In this document: piece by piece, positions 9,795-21,199 of the stretch
How positions within the stretch are numbered: the stretch's first letter is position 1
Layout of the letters: each line of letters opens with the position of its first letter
Assembly (NCBI GenBank): GCA_965205975.1
Contig: OZ242195.1
Span: 3,424,001 to 3,488,000 of the forward strand
Source of the DNA: Candidatus Latescibacterota bacterium
Lineage (GTDB): Bacteria > Latescibacterota > UBA2968
Reading direction: 5' to 3'
Length of the DNA stretch: 64,000 bases
Notes under the pieces: generated by a model
The model's input: only the letters and a program-made list of their open reading frames with translations
Database searches by the model: none
What the model was told of the DNA's origin: nothing
Translations under genes and position numbers: made by a program

Positions 9795-10532
9795 ATGACA
9801 CAACTCACCGGAAAAATCGCACTCGTCACCGGCAGTGGGCGGGGCATTGGCCGCGCCATTGCCATCGCCTTTGCCACAGAAGGAGCAGATCTCATACTCG
9901 CCGCACGCACCGCAGAACAACTCGATGCCGTTGCCGAAGAAATTCGCGCCCTCGGCCGCAATGTCCTGTCCGTACCCACCGATGTCACCAATCGCGAGAG
10001 CGTAGATGCCCTGGCAGAAAAAGTCCGCGGAGAATTTGACCGCCTGAACATTCTCGTCAACAACGCTGGCGGCGGCATAGAGCGCAACAGCATCCTCGGC
10101 AGCAATCCCGATCCCTGGATCGAAACCATCGCCGTAAACTGCATCAGCGCCTACCTCGTCTCGCACGCCCTGCTACCCCTCATGATCGAATCTGGCGGTG
10201 GCAGAGTTATCAACGTGGGATCGGGCATGGGCCATCGCCCCAGAGCGGGTAATTCTGCGTATAACGTCGGCAAAGCCGGCATGTGGATGTTCACCCGATG
10301 CCTGGCCGAAGAAGTCTGGGAAAACAACATCACAGTCAACGAACTCATCCCAGGCCCGGTAGCCACACATCTTACCGGAGATCGCATGAGAGTGGGTGGC
10401 CCACCGCCCTTCGCGCCCAGCGAAGTCGTCAAAGCCCCCGAAGATGTCGTCCCACTCGCCCTCTTCTTAGCCACCCAACCCGACGGGGGACCGACCGCTC
10501 AAACCTTCAGCCTGACCCGTCGTCCAATTTAG
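9795..10532 (+). CDS. SDR-family NAD(P)-dependent oxidoreductase
   Basis: Motifs TGSGRGIG, NNAG, YNVGK. Confidence 0.9.
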   Translation: MTQLTGKIALVTGSGRGIGRAIAIAFATEGADLILAARTAEQLDAVAEEIRALGRNVLSVPTDVTNRESVDALAEKVRGEFDRLNILVNNAGGGIERNSILGSNPDPWIETIAVNCISAYLVSHALLPLMIESGGGRVINVGSGMGHRPRAGNSAYNVGKAGMWMFTRCLAEEVWENNITVNELIPGPVATHLTGDRMRVGGPPPFAPSEVVKAPEDVVPLALFLATQPDGGPTAQTFSLTRRPI

Positions 10533-10646
10533 AACGCGGATTACGCGGATTACGCAGAGGACACGGATTGAAGCTAAACCAAAAATCAGTTCAAATAGCC
10601 ATCGGATTACAGTATTGATCTTATCCATTTCAAAAAAGGAACAGCT

Positions 10647-12599
10647 ATGCCAAAAAAAATCATCGCCTATGGCATGGACGGCTTCATCACTCCCATGATG
10701 AAATACTTTGCCGACGAAGGCGTTATCCCAACTTTTAAACGCATGCTCGACGCAGGCGCAGTCAACGAAACCTTCCCCTCCTTCCCGGTCTGGACGCCCA
10801 CCAACTGGGCAACCCTCTCCACTGGCGCGCACACCGGCACGCACAGCGTCACGCGCTGGCGCGTCGAAGTCGCTCCCGGCGAACGCATCAACTCGTTTCA
10901 CGGCCGCGCCAACAATGCCCAACGCCTGTGGAACGCCCTCGAGCGAGAAGGCCTCAAAGGCGTTGCCCTGCACTATCCGGCAGCGCATCCCTCAGGCGTG
11001 GAAACAGGATATGTAATCGACGGCTTTGGCCACCCCGGACACGCCAGCACCGACTATGAAATCGCCGCAGCGCAGGCTTATACCACCGCCGAACACGTCG
11101 AAGAAATCGTACAAATGGACCACGACGGCACAGCCGTTCGCAGAAGACAGCGAAGCATAGAACCCATCCCAGCACTATCGCCCGCGGATGGCTGGACCAA
11201 TCTCCCGCAAAGCGCTGCCCCACCCCTCGTTTCCACCATTGCAATCCACGCGCGCCTCGGCGGCGACATCAACCGCTTTCACCTACTCGTCTTCGCCAGC
11301 GCCAACAGCGGATACGACACCCTGCGCGTCTGCCGATCCCAAAATGGCAACGACCACATCGCCGAAGCCACCACGGGATCGTGGAGCAACTGGGCCATCG
11401 AACCCTTCTGCATCGAAAGCCGCGAACAACGCGCCTCTGTGCGCTTCAAACTCCTCGAACTCGAACCCGATGGCTCCCATCTCAAGCTCTACCGCTCTCA
11501 GATCACTTATGGCGATGGCTTCACATATCCAGATGACCTCGCCGACGAACTCATCCAGCGATTTGGTCCCTATCAAGAACACGCCTCCATGACACCCTAC
11601 ACATCTGGCATGACCGACTTTGACACCGCCCTCGAAGAATGCGAATATCAGGGCCTCTGGTTTGCCGACGTCGCCAATTATATGCTCCACGAAAAAGATG
11701 CCAATTTCTTCATCTGTCACTGGCATCTCTACGACTACATCAACCACATCCACCTCGACGGCGTCGATCCGGTTTGCCCGGCTTACGACCCCGACAAAGC
11801 CGACGACGTCATGCACCTTTTCCGCAAAGCCTACATCGTTGGCGACAAAATTTTAAAACGCATGTGGGATGCCGCCGATGACACCACTTATGTCGGCGTG
11901 CTTTCCGATCACGGCGCATCGCCAGATGTGCGCATCGCCAATATCCGAAAATTCCTGCACGACAGTGGATTCACCGTCCTGAAAGCAGATGCCAGCGACG
12001 GCGTCGAGCGCGATGAAGTCCTGGAAAGAGAAATCGACTTTGAAAAAACCCGCGCCTACCTCAAAGACGACAAGGGATTCGACATCTGGATCAACGCCGA
12101 ACCCGGTCCCAAATTCGACGAAATCGAACGCGATGTCCTCCTCGCCCTTCGCACCTGGGTCGATGAAGACATCGGTCGCAATGTCGTCGCCATCGCCCTG
12201 CCCAGACGCGACGCGTACATACTCGGGCAATGGGGCGACCAGTGCGGCGACGTCATCTTCGCCTGGGACCACGGATTCGTCAGCGGGTACTACGGCCAGT
12301 GGAAAGGCATTGTGGGCGGCGGCTGCGTAGGCGCACCCGAAGTCTTCGGCGCACACCACGGCGGCTTCATCCCCACGCACAGCGACATCTCATCCAGCTT
12401 TGGTTCTTTCTTCCTATCGGGTCCCGGCATCAAAAAAGGCTACGAGCGTCCCACCGACAAACTCGGCTACATCCACGCCGCAGACGTAGTCCCCACGCTT
12501 TGCCACATCTTCGGTATTGCGCCACCCGACCAGAGCCAGGGCGCGGTTGCCTATGATATTCTCGAAGGGCATGAGATGGTGCGTGAACGACCTGAATAA
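10647..12599 (+). CDS. Alkaline phosphatase superfamily protein (type I phosphodiesterase/nucleotide pyrophosphatase-like)
   Basis: Motifs GMDG, TPTNWATLSTG, LSDHG, ADVVPTL. Confidence 0.8.
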   Translation: MPKKIIAYGMDGFITPMMKYFADEGVIPTFKRMLDAGAVNETFPSFPVWTPTNWATLSTGAHTGTHSVTRWRVEVAPGERINSFHGRANNAQRLWNALEREGLKGVALHYPAAHPSGVETGYVIDGFGHPGHASTDYEIAAAQAYTTAEHVEEIVQMDHDGTAVRRRQRSIEPIPALSPADGWTNLPQSAAPPLVSTIAIHARLGGDINRFHLLVFASANSGYDTLRVCRSQNGNDHIAEATTGSWSNWAIEPFCIESREQRASVRFKLLELEPDGSHLKLYRSQITYGDGFTYPDDLADELIQRFGPYQEHASMTPYTSGMTDFDTALEECEYQGLWFADVANYMLHEKDANFFICHWHLYDYINHIHLDGVDPVCPAYDPDKADDVMHLFRKAYIVGDKILKRMWDAADDTTYVGVLSDHGASPDVRIANIRKFLHDSGFTVLKADASDGVERDEVLEREIDFEKTRAYLKDDKGFDIWINAEPGPKFDEIERDVLLALRTWVDEDIGRNVVAIALPRRDAYILGQWGDQCGDVIFAWDHGFVSGYYGQWKGIVGGGCVGAPEVFGAHHGGFIPTHSDISSSFGSFFLSGPGIKKGYERPTDKLGYIHAADVVPTLCHIFGIAPPDQSQGAVAYDILEGHEMVRERPE

Positions 12600-12606
12600 A
12601 TAAAAC

Positions 12607-13401
12607 ATGACACAACAATTTGCCCTTGTTCTTATAGCCTGCCTGACGATTACATCCTGTACTTCTACGAAGGGCGCAACCGAGGCTGAGTTCAGCTTCA
12701 CTTTTCAAAGTGATGCCGAAGGCTGGATAGCCGGATTTGCCGATCTTCCCGCCAACTTCGAGCCATCAATCTACGAACTCGACTCCGGTTATCGCCCTCT
12801 GCCACAAGGTCTCGAAGGCAATGGTCTCTACATCCAGGGACATAATCGCAGCGATGACCTCTTCATGTTTTTCAAGAGGCGGATTGATGGGCTTAAGGCA
12901 GATGCGACCTACGCGGTATTCGCCTCCCTCGACCTGGCGACCAATGTTCCGTCCAACACCTTTGGCATCGGTGGCTCTCCCGGCGAGAGCGTGTACGTAA
13001 AAGCGGGCGTATCTACCGTTGAACCCGTAGCAGAGGGGGAAAACCTCAGACTGAACATCGACAAGGGAAACCAGTCCAACGACGGCGCGTCAATGGTCGT
13101 TATAGGAAACGTCGCTCATCCCGAGGTCGTCGGCAGAGAGTTTCGGCTCAAGTCTCTTGACAACGCCGACAATCCAGTGAATGTCACCACTGACAGCAAG
13201 GGCGGGCTTAAGGGATACGAGGCGTCTCTTGAAGTGGGTAAGGTTTATCGCATCATCCCCGATGACGAAGCCTCTGTCCATGGCTATATTCGCATCATTG
13301 ATGAAAGCGGTGAAAATTACGCTTTTGGCGACCACCGCTTTCATCGCGTTGACCTGCCCGATGCTGTTGGTGAAATTTTAGCATCTGCACAGCAGGAATA
13401 A
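12607..13401 (+). CDS. Chimeric hypothetical protein: lipoprotein-like domain inserted into a small putative antitoxin-type gene
   Basis: Begins TQQFAL and ends GYEASLEVGKVYRIIPDDEA...; these two parts are nearly contiguous in the paralog at 25327. The intervening region carries a lipobox-like ITSC. Confidence 0.6.
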   Translation: MTQQFALVLIACLTITSCTSTKGATEAEFSFTFQSDAEGWIAGFADLPANFEPSIYELDSGYRPLPQGLEGNGLYIQGHNRSDDLFMFFKRRIDGLKADATYAVFASLDLATNVPSNTFGIGGSPGESVYVKAGVSTVEPVAEGENLRLNIDKGNQSNDGASMVVIGNVAHPEVVGREFRLKSLDNADNPVNVTTDSKGGLKGYEASLEVGKVYRIIPDDEASVHGYIRIIDESGENYAFGDHRFHRVDLPDAVGEILASAQQE

Positions 13402-13411
13402 ATAAAAGAGA

Positions 13412-13710
13412 GATGTGCATAATTCATTTGTTGTGGTGCAACGACGTATAAAGTTTTTTCAATATTTTCCTTTTCATGCCTTCGGCGACCTACTTTTTGT
13501 CACCAGCAACAAAAAGTAGGCAAAAAATGCCGCTCTCAAACGCCGAGGGGCTGGCACAGCACAAATCGTTTTTGTAACACGACGCCATACAATGGCCTTC
13601 ACAGTTAGGATGCCATAAGGATGTCTGCTGCGAAACGGACTCACGCGCTGTGCGAGATGGCCTGAGTCGATAAAAATGCTGATGGCTTATTCTTTTGATT
13701 TATACACACC
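13412..13710. mobile_element. MITE-like insertion (~300 bp)
   Basis: Imperfect terminal inverted repeats GATGTGCATAATTCA / TGATTTATACACACC and an internal hairpin CCTACTTTTTGT...ACAAAAAGTAGG. Absent from the paralogous site near 25570. Confidence 0.6.
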
Positions 13711-13727
13711 CCTGAAAAAAGAATGAT

Positions 13728-14336
13728 ATGCTTGATATTCACAACCTTATGGCGGACCTATCCCAACACCGCCCGATATTCCATTCAGAAGCGGATTTCC
13801 AGCACGCTCTCGCCTGGCAAATTCACGAGATAATGCCAGATTGTGAGATTCGGTTGGAATTCCCACCCTTTTCGGATAAACGTATGTATCTGGACATCTG
13901 GCTCTCGACTTCGAGGATTGCGATTGAACTGAAGTTCGCTACTCGAAAGCTGGAATGTGAATGGAACGGCGAGAATTTTTCCCTCCGTGACCAAAGCGCC
14001 CAAGATGTGAAGCGGTACGATTTCCTTAAAGACATCCAGAGACTCGAGCAAGTAGTGATGGATGGAAACGCCGATGCAGGATTTGCAGTTCTGCTAACAA
14101 ACGATCATTTGTATTGGCAAGAACCAACGCGCAATACTACAGATGCAGACTTTCGCCTCCATGATAAGCGAAAAGTAGCGGCGGGCAAGTTATTGAGGTG
14201 GTCTGAAAACACCAGCCCAAAAACGCAAAAAGGGAGAGAAGAGCTTTGCTTAAAGAGTTCATATCACCTGCGCTGGCAAGATTACGGAGAGGAAAGAAAC
14301 CCATTGTTTCGATATCTCGCAGTCTCGATTAAATGA
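13728..14336 (+). CDS. Hypothetical protein, probable PD-(D/E)XK nuclease fold
   Basis: SEADFQ...YLDIW...IAIELK pattern; paralog at 25588-26154. Confidence 0.55.
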   Translation: MLDIHNLMADLSQHRPIFHSEADFQHALAWQIHEIMPDCEIRLEFPPFSDKRMYLDIWLSTSRIAIELKFATRKLECEWNGENFSLRDQSAQDVKRYDFLKDIQRLEQVVMDGNADAGFAVLLTNDHLYWQEPTRNTTDADFRLHDKRKVAAGKLLRWSENTSPKTQKGREELCLKSSYHLRWQDYGEERNPLFRYLAVSIK

Positions 14337-14387
14337 GATTCTAAAAAAAATCAGGGAGTGCTGGTCATACAGAGCTTCAGAATGCAG

Positions 14388-14421
14388 AAAAGGGCTTGCA
14401 AGGTAGAATCCAAGCCCTTTT
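14388..14421. terminator. Bidirectional-type terminator
   Basis: AAAAGGGCTTG...CAAGCCCTTTT. Confidence 0.65.
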
Positions 14422-14762
14422 ACATTTTTATATGAGACTCTCTTTAATGCCCAAAATCCTGGACAAAGATCAAAAAATCTCCAATACCAACCTGTCCATC
14501 ACACTCCAGACATATAGCACATCGTAGTTTACGTGACCAACTGCGTAACCAAAATAAGATGGAATTTGAAAAAGGAAAGACTACTCTTTCAAAATCTGAG
14601 TATATTATAAAGATGCAAACATCTAAAAACAGGTAAGAGAGGTGTAATTGCGTCAGCAAATATTTGTTATAAAGGAACTTATGTACGTGGGGGATCTGAC
14701 CGAGTGCAGTTATAAAACAAACAAGGAAATTCAGAATCTCCTGAATATTAAGGAATTACAAT

Positions 14763-16976
14763 ATGTATTATGCACATTCTCTGGAGGGCCGTCCTGAGGA
14801 ATACTGGCAGCTATTAAAGGATCATCTTCTTGCCGTCCAAAAAGAAGCCGCTGATCGGGGTCGCAAGTTTGGCGCGGGTCAAGCAGCGGGTCAAGCCGGG
14901 CTTTTTCACGATATTGGCAAATACACAAAACCGTACCAAAAACGTCTGCGTGGCGGACCAGCGGTTGATCACGCGACCGCTGGTGCAAAAATGGTCAACA
15001 CCCTGGCGGATGCTGCTATGGACCGGGCAATGGCACAACTCATCGCCTATGCCATTGCTGGACACCATGGGGGTCTGCCGGATATGCATCGTGAAACCGG
15101 TTCTCTTGAGGAACGGTTGAAAAAGACACTCGACCCCCTTGACTCGACCTGGATGGCAGAAATTCAGCCGGATGTTACCGGTCTTTGGCCTGAAGAATTC
15201 ATACGTGGAAAAGACCGTGAAACGATAGCATTTCAGCTTTCCTTCCTGACACGGATGACATTCTCTTGTCTCGTTGACGCAGACTTCCGCGACACCGAGA
15301 ACTTTTACGCTACCGCAGAAGGCAAGACCATTGACCGCGATTGGCCGATGCTTCCAGAAGCAGTTGACCAACTACTCGATAGTCTCAACAATCACCTCGC
15401 GGGATTTGATAGCAAAGGCAAGGTCAACCGTCTGCGCCGCGAGATTCTGGCGCATGTTCGAGATCAAGCCGATTGCCCTCCGGGCCTGTTCTCGCTCAAT
15501 GTACCGACTGGCGGCGGCAAAACCCTGACCTCCCTCGCCTTCGCCCTTGACCATGCCAAAGCACATGGGCTTGAGCGCATCGTCTATGCGATTCCCTTTA
15601 CATCAGTGATTGACCAGACCGCAGCCATCTTCCGTAAAGTACTTGGCAACAGAGTGATTCTCGAACACCATTCGGCAATTGACGAAACCAGATTCACACA
15701 GCGGGAGGGAGGCGAAAAACTCCGTCTCGCCATGGAGGATTGGACAACCCCCATCGTCGTAACCACAAATGTCCAACTCTTTGAAAGCCTGTTTTCCCAT
15801 CGTCCCTCGCGCTGCCGCAAGTTGCACAACCTGACTCGCTCGGTAATTGTCCTCGACGAAGCGCAAACTATCCCTCTGCATGTGCTACGACCTTCAGTTG
15901 CCGCGCTTGACGAACTCGCCCGTAACTATGGTTCTTCAATCGTACTCTGCACCGCAACACAACCCGCACTTAAGGCACCAGATTTCAAAGGAGGATTTGA
16001 CCAGGTCCGCGAACTCGCCCCCAACCCACCGCGCCTGCACCGGCAACTCGCTCGCGTCACCATCTCCCACGAAGGTGTACTGAGCGATGAGGACCTGCTC
16101 AATACTCTCTCGCAAACAAAACAAGGGCTGGTTATTGTCAACAGCCGAAAACACGCTCTGGCCCTCTTCCAGCAAGCCAAAGAATATGAGCTCGAGGGCA
16201 TTATACACCTGACCACACGCCAATACGCAGCACACCGCCGTCGCATTCTTGAAAGTGTGCGCCAGCGTCTCGCTGCCACCAAACCCTGCCGAGTGATTGC
16301 CACTTCGCTGGTTGAGGCAGGCGTTGATCTGGACTTTCCGAGAGTTTGGCGGGCCGAGGCAGGACTGGATTCGATTGCCCAGGCCGCTGGGCGATGTAAC
16401 AGAGAAGGGTATGGTGAAAAATCAGATAGCATTGTCACCGTGTTCCAGTCAGAAGAATACCCAAGCCCACCTGAGTTGCGCGAACTCGCTGGAGATATGC
16501 AACGCATCAGGGGGCATCATAATGACTTGCTCTCGCCGGAAGCTATGGAAGATTATTTTCAAGAGGTGTATTGGCGCAAAGGCGATGGTCTCGGTGATGA
16601 TATTCTGAGAAAATTCAAAGCTGACCAGAACGGAACATCGTTCTCCTTTCGCGAGGTTGGCGAGACATTCCGCTTGATCAAAAGCGGACAGGAGCCGGTG
16701 ATCATCGCCCGAGAAGAGAAAGCGCACGAGGCGGTGCGATCACTCGCTTATGCTGAACGGCCCGGCGGCATAGCGCGGAGACTCCAGCCTTATATTGTGC
16801 AAGTTCACCCTCATTTTCGGACGCAACTGGTAAAAAACAATCACGTCTATTTCGCGGCGCAGGAACGCTTTGGCGACCAGTTCGCTGTTCTCTTCACAGG
16901 AAGCCTCTATCGAGAAGATGTCGGCCTTCTTTGGGAGGACGCGGATACCTTGGGCGATGAGGTGATGCTGATATAA
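14763..16976 (+). CDS. cas3: CRISPR-associated helicase/HD nuclease Cas3
   Basis: HD domain (FHDIGK, LVDAD), Walker A PTGGGKT, DEAQ, TAT, QAAGRCNR. Confidence 0.95.
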   Translation: MYYAHSLEGRPEEYWQLLKDHLLAVQKEAADRGRKFGAGQAAGQAGLFHDIGKYTKPYQKRLRGGPAVDHATAGAKMVNTLADAAMDRAMAQLIAYAIAGHHGGLPDMHRETGSLEERLKKTLDPLDSTWMAEIQPDVTGLWPEEFIRGKDRETIAFQLSFLTRMTFSCLVDADFRDTENFYATAEGKTIDRDWPMLPEAVDQLLDSLNNHLAGFDSKGKVNRLRREILAHVRDQADCPPGLFSLNVPTGGGKTLTSLAFALDHAKAHGLERIVYAIPFTSVIDQTAAIFRKVLGNRVILEHHSAIDETRFTQREGGEKLRLAMEDWTTPIVVTTNVQLFESLFSHRPSRCRKLHNLTRSVIVLDEAQTIPLHVLRPSVAALDELARNYGSSIVLCTATQPALKAPDFKGGFDQVRELAPNPPRLHRQLARVTISHEGVLSDEDLLNTLSQTKQGLVIVNSRKHALALFQQAKEYELEGIIHLTTRQYAAHRRRILESVRQRLAATKPCRVIATSLVEAGVDLDFPRVWRAEAGLDSIAQAAGRCNREGYGEKSDSIVTVFQSEEYPSPPELRELAGDMQRIRGHHNDLLSPEAMEDYFQEVYWRKGDGLGDDILRKFKADQNGTSFSFREVGETFRLIKSGQEPVIIAREEKAHEAVRSLAYAERPGGIARRLQPYIVQVHPHFRTQLVKNNHVYFAAQERFGDQFAVLFTGSLYREDVGLLWEDADTLGDEVMLI

Positions 16977-17042
16977 TTGATAAAGGTTTCCCCGTTCAGG
17001 GAATATTGAAACACCATAATACCAGAGAAAAGGAGTTTATCC

Positions 17043-17705
17043 ATGTTCGGAATACGCCTACGTGTGGAAGGTGAATACGCCTGTTTCACTCGACCAGAGA
17101 TGAAGGTCGAACGCGTATCCTACGACGTCATGACGCCTTCGGCAGCACGCGGCATCTTAGAGGCTATCCACTGGAAGCCAGCCATTGTCTGGCGCATTGA
17201 CCGCATCCATGTCCTTAAACCCATTCGATTCCAGTCAATCCGGCGCAACGAGGTCGGCAACAAAATTCCCATGGGTTCTGTCCGCACAGCGCGAAACAGA
17301 GGCTCTATTGAGTCCCTCTACACAAAAATTGAGAATGATCGCCAGCAACGCGCCGCCACTGTTCTGTTCGATGTCGATTACGCCATCGAAGCACACTTTG
17401 ACATGACGGACAAAGCAAGCGAAAACGATAACGAGGGCAAACACCTCGACATCTTCAACCGCCGAGCGAGACGCGGGCAGTGCTTTCACCAACCCTGTCT
17501 CGGAACGCGGGAATTTACCGCATACTATACACTGATTGAGCACGAAGAAGACATACCACCAGCGATTGATGAGACCCGCGACCTGGGATATATGCTCTAC
17601 GACATTGACCATGAAAACGGGCGACAACCATTATTTTTTCGCGCCCAAATGAAACAGGGCGTTGTCGAAATCCCTTCACCCAACTCGCCGGAGATACTGC
17701 GATGA
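17043..17705 (+). CDS. cas5c: Type I-C Cas5 (Cas5d)
   Basis: ACFTRPEMKVERVSYDVMTPSAARGILEAIHWKP, QPCLGTREF. Confidence 0.95.
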   Translation: MFGIRLRVEGEYACFTRPEMKVERVSYDVMTPSAARGILEAIHWKPAIVWRIDRIHVLKPIRFQSIRRNEVGNKIPMGSVRTARNRGSIESLYTKIENDRQQRAATVLFDVDYAIEAHFDMTDKASENDNEGKHLDIFNRRARRGQCFHQPCLGTREFTAYYTLIEHEEDIPPAIDETRDLGYMLYDIDHENGRQPLFFRAQMKQGVVEIPSPNSPEILR

Positions 17706-19507
17706 GCATTCTATCTTCTCTTGAACGGGCCTATCACCGGCTTGCAAAAGAGGACAAAGTACCGCCAATTGGCTATTCCGATGAGAGGATTGACTATTGC
17801 GTCGTCCTGAATGCCGATGGCCAGCCCGTGGGCCAGCCTGTGGACCTACGAGATCACTCTGGGAGAAGACCTGTAGCACTACCGCACTCAGTTCCGAGAC
17901 CAGAGAAACGAACGGTCAAAATTATTCCTAACTTCCTATGGGACAAGGCATCGTATTCTCTTGGAGCATTAGAAGACATGAAAGACGAGTCACCAGACAA
18001 TAGAGAGCGTCGTGTCGAGCGGGTGGCGGAGCAGTACAAGGCTTTTCAAAACCGGCATCTCGTTGCACTGCAACACGAAAGCGACGCAGGACTTGTGGCT
18101 TGTTATCGTTTCTTGCAATGGTGGAAGCCAGAGTATTTCGACATACGCGGCTGGCCAGACGAAATGAAGGGGGCCAATGTGGTATTCCGATTAGAGGGGG
18201 AACGCAACTTTATTCATGACCGCGACGCTGCACGCCAACTCTGGGCGTCTCAGATGAATCAGTCCCGGAACTCGGACCAAGCTGTTTGCCTGGTGACCGG
18301 AGAAAGATCTTCTATCGCCCGACTACATCCCTCAATCAAAGGGGTGCGTGGTGCCCAGTCTTCAGGCGCATCTATCGTCTCCTTCAATCTCGATGCCTTC
18401 ACCTCCTACGGAAACAAACAGGGCAATAATGCACCGGTAAGCGAAGATGCTGCCGCTGCTTATACATCTGTACTCAATCACTTTCTCCGTACCAATGAAA
18501 ATAGAGTCCAAATCGGTGACAGTTCGACAGTCTTCTGGGCAGATGGCTCGAATGCGAAAGCAGCAGAGGCCATATTTGCCTCCTTCTTCAATGATACAAA
18601 TGAAGAAGGTGACGAAATAAGCGAACAGGCCATCAAGCCCATTCTCGAAAAAATAGCAAGTGGCCGTCCCATGGAAGAAATCCGCCCGGATTTGCCTCAG
18701 GGTGTGCGCTTCTATGTGCTGGGATTGGCTCCCAATGCAGCGCGTATTTCAATTCGCTTCTGGATGGAAGATGACTTTGCGACGCTTTCAGAGCATATCC
18801 TCTGGCACTATCGGGATTTGCGTCTCGACTCGCCGCGCCAGGAGCAACCAAGCATCTGGCGGTGTCTGCTTGAGACCGCCTCGACAAAGGTAAAAAACCG
18901 ATCTGAACATGTACCTCCCCAACTCGCTGGGGATATGCTACGCGCCATATTAACCGGTCACGCCTACCCGCAAACATTATTATCCACAATTCTCATGCGC
19001 TTGCGGTCAGACAAGGCCATAACCGACCTGCGTATAGCCTTACTCAAAGCTGTGATATGCCGTAAACGGCGCATGGCTGGACATTCACAAAAGGAGGATT
19101 TCCTCGTGTCACTCGATCCCACAAACGCCGACCCCGGCTATTTGCTCGGTCGCCTATTTGCTTGTTTTGAATATGCACAAACGCAGGCACTTGGTGGCAA
19201 GGTCAACGCCACGATATGCGATAAGTACTATGGGGCGGCTTCAGCGACGCCCCGGTCTGTATTTCCCATTTTACAACGCAATGCCATGCACCATCTATCG
19301 CGTCTGCGAAAAGATCGAACAGGAACGCATCGCTATATCGACAATGCCATCGCCCAGATTTACGAGTGCGCGGCGGCAGATGCACTGTTTGTACCGACGC
19401 TTGATATGGACCATCAAGCCCTTTTTGCCATTGGCTACTACCACCAGAAAAACGCTTTTTACACGCCCAGAAATGAGGGTAGAAAGAAAAAGGAGAACGA
19501 AGAATGA
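17702..19507 (+). CDS. cas8c: Type I-C Cas8c/Csd1
   Basis: [45 protein letters not shown]. Confidence 0.95.
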   Translation: MSILSSLERAYHRLAKEDKVPPIGYSDERIDYCVVLNADGQPVGQPVDLRDHSGRRPVALPHSVPRPEKRTVKIIPNFLWDKASYSLGALEDMKDESPDNRERRVERVAEQYKAFQNRHLVALQHESDAGLVACYRFLQWWKPEYFDIRGWPDEMKGANVVFRLEGERNFIHDRDAARQLWASQMNQSRNSDQAVCLVTGERSSIARLHPSIKGVRGAQSSGASIVSFNLDAFTSYGNKQGNNAPVSEDAAAAYTSVLNHFLRTNENRVQIGDSSTVFWADGSNAKAAEAIFASFFNDTNEEGDEISEQAIKPILEKIASGRPMEEIRPDLPQGVRFYVLGLAPNAARISIRFWMEDDFATLSEHILWHYRDLRLDSPRQEQPSIWRCLLETASTKVKNRSEHVPPQLAGDMLRAILTGHAYPQTLLSTILMRLRSDKAITDLRIALLKAVICRKRRMAGHSQKEDFLVSLDPTNADPGYLLGRLFACFEYAQTQALGGKVNATICDKYYGAASATPRSVFPILQRNAMHHLSRLRKDRTGTHRYIDNAIAQIYECAAADALFVPTLDMDHQALFAIGYYHQKNAFYTPRNEGRKKKENEE

Positions 19508-20469
19508 CAGCACTCAACCACCGCTATGATTTTGTCTATCTATTCGACGTGACCAATGGCAACCCCAATGGTGATCCGGATGCGGGCAATCTACCGCGTC
19601 TCGATCCCGAAACGAACCAGGGATTGGTCTCTGACGTCTGCCTTAAACGCAAAATACGCAACTTCGTCGAACTCGCCAAAAGCGATGAATCTGGCTATGC
19701 TATCTACGTCCAGGAAGGTGCCTTGCTCAACGAACAGCACCGAAAGGCATATCGGGCTGTGCGTCCCGATGACAAAACAGTCGAGAGAGCCACCAGACTA
19801 TCTCCAAAAGAAAATAAAAACAAAAAGATAACAGCAGATGAGGAAATGGATGCCCTGCGCGGCTTCATGTGCGACAACTTCTTTGATGTGCGTACCTTTG
19901 GCGCGGTAATGAGCACCGGTATCAACTGCGGTCAGGTGCGCGGTCCAGTGCAAATGACCTTTGCACGGTCCGTTGATCCCATTGTCCCACTCGAAATGTC
20001 CATTACCCGCATGGCAGCGACCACCGAAAAAGAAAAGCAGGAACGCGAACAGGCCAGTGATGAACCCGCAGGCGATGAACGCATTGAACACCGCACCATG
20101 GGCCGCAAACATATTGTTCCCTACGGGCTGTATCGGGCACACGGATTTATTTCTGCCAAGCTCGCCGAACGCACTGGCTTTTCGCCAGACGACCTCGACC
20201 TTCTATGGATCGCCTTAACACAGATGTTCGAGCACGACCGATCTGCAGCCCGCGGTGAAATGGTCGCCCAACGCCTCATTGCCTTCCGACATGAAAGCGC
20301 ACTCGGCAACGCGCCCGCGCATAAACTTTTTGAACGGGTGCGTGTAGAGCGTGCGGAAAGCAATAACAATGGCGGAATGTCACCACCGGCCCGCCAATTC
20401 TCAGACTATCGAGTATCACTTGACCTGGACGATATGCCAGCGAATGTCGAAGCTATCAATCTGATCTAA
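19504..20469 (+). CDS. cas7c: Type I-C Cas7/Csd2
   Basis: [45 protein letters not shown]. Confidence 0.95.
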   Translation: MTALNHRYDFVYLFDVTNGNPNGDPDAGNLPRLDPETNQGLVSDVCLKRKIRNFVELAKSDESGYAIYVQEGALLNEQHRKAYRAVRPDDKTVERATRLSPKENKNKKITADEEMDALRGFMCDNFFDVRTFGAVMSTGINCGQVRGPVQMTFARSVDPIVPLEMSITRMAATTEKEKQEREQASDEPAGDERIEHRTMGRKHIVPYGLYRAHGFISAKLAERTGFSPDDLDLLWIALTQMFEHDRSAARGEMVAQRLIAFRHESALGNAPAHKLFERVRVERAESNNNGGMSPPARQFSDYRVSLDLDDMPANVEAINLI

Positions 20470-20506
20470 AAATCGTGATCTAAAACACATAACAAACGGA
20501 GCAAAA

Positions 20507-21199
20507 ATGACGACAAATAAGGAACCGTTCGGGAGATCGCCCCCCGTCCAAGAATATGAAACGGAACCTATTCCAGTGTCTGCTCTACAACATGCGGTTT
20601 ACTGTCTGCGGCAATGCGCTCTGATCCACCTGGAACGACTTTGGGAGGAAAACCAATTTACTGCTGAAGGCAGGGTACTGCATCAGGTCATTGACCAACC
20701 GAGTTGGCAGCGCAAAGCAGGAGTACGCCAGGTGAGGGCACTTCCGATCTACAACATCCGGCTCAATCTCACAGGCGTCGCTGATCTGGTAGAGTTCCAC
20801 AAAGACCATACAGGTACAACACCGTTTCCGGTCGAGTTCAAACGCGGCAAAGCCAAGGCTCATCGCGCCGACGAGGTGCAACTTTGTGCCCAGGCCCTGT
20901 GCCTTGAGGAAATGACAGGTACAGAGGTGCCGATGGGGGCATTATTCTATAGGCGAACCAAACGGCGAAAGGAAGTAAAATTTGACGCTGAACTTCGCGC
21001 CTTAACCGAAGCAACTGTTGATCAAGTAGCCGCGCTCTTTGCGCGAAGACGCACGCCCCCAGCCGAATACGAAGCAGCCAAATGCCGTGCCTGCTCATTG
21101 CTTGACCAGTGTCGCCCGAAAGAGGTGGTGCGTTCAGCGCTCGCCTGGCGGTTACGCGCTCTGGAATTGCACCTTACCGAACAGGGAGGATATCAATGA
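20507..21199 (+). CDS. cas4: CRISPR-associated exonuclease Cas4
   Basis: YCLRQCAL, ADLVEF, PVEFKRG, QLCAQALCLEEM, C-terminal CRACSLLDQC. Confidence 0.93.
   Translation: MTTNKEPFGRSPPVQEYETEPIPVSALQHAVYCLRQCALIHLERLWEENQFTAEGRVLHQVIDQPSWQRKAGVRQVRALPIYNIRLNLTGVADLVEFHKDHTGTTPFPVEFKRGKAKAHRADEVQLCAQALCLEEMTGTEVPMGALFYRRTKRRKEVKFDAELRALTEATVDQVAALFARRRTPPAEYEAAKCRACSLLDQCRPKEVVRSALAWRLRALELHLTEQGGYQ

Noticed and set aside
10534..10569. Short tandem ACGCGGATT repeat as a regulatory array
   Set aside because: Only 2-4 degenerate units; similar low-copy repeats occur in other intergenic spaces with no specific functional signal.
14340..14762. Sigma54 promoter or GTGCA-N4-TGCAC sites upstream of cas3, and ORF 14444..14659
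   Set aside because: No TGGCAC-N5-TTGC or paired palindrome was found by eye, so there is no evidence that the type I-C operon is in the CARF-bEBP regulon. The ORF lacks an RBS and motifs.
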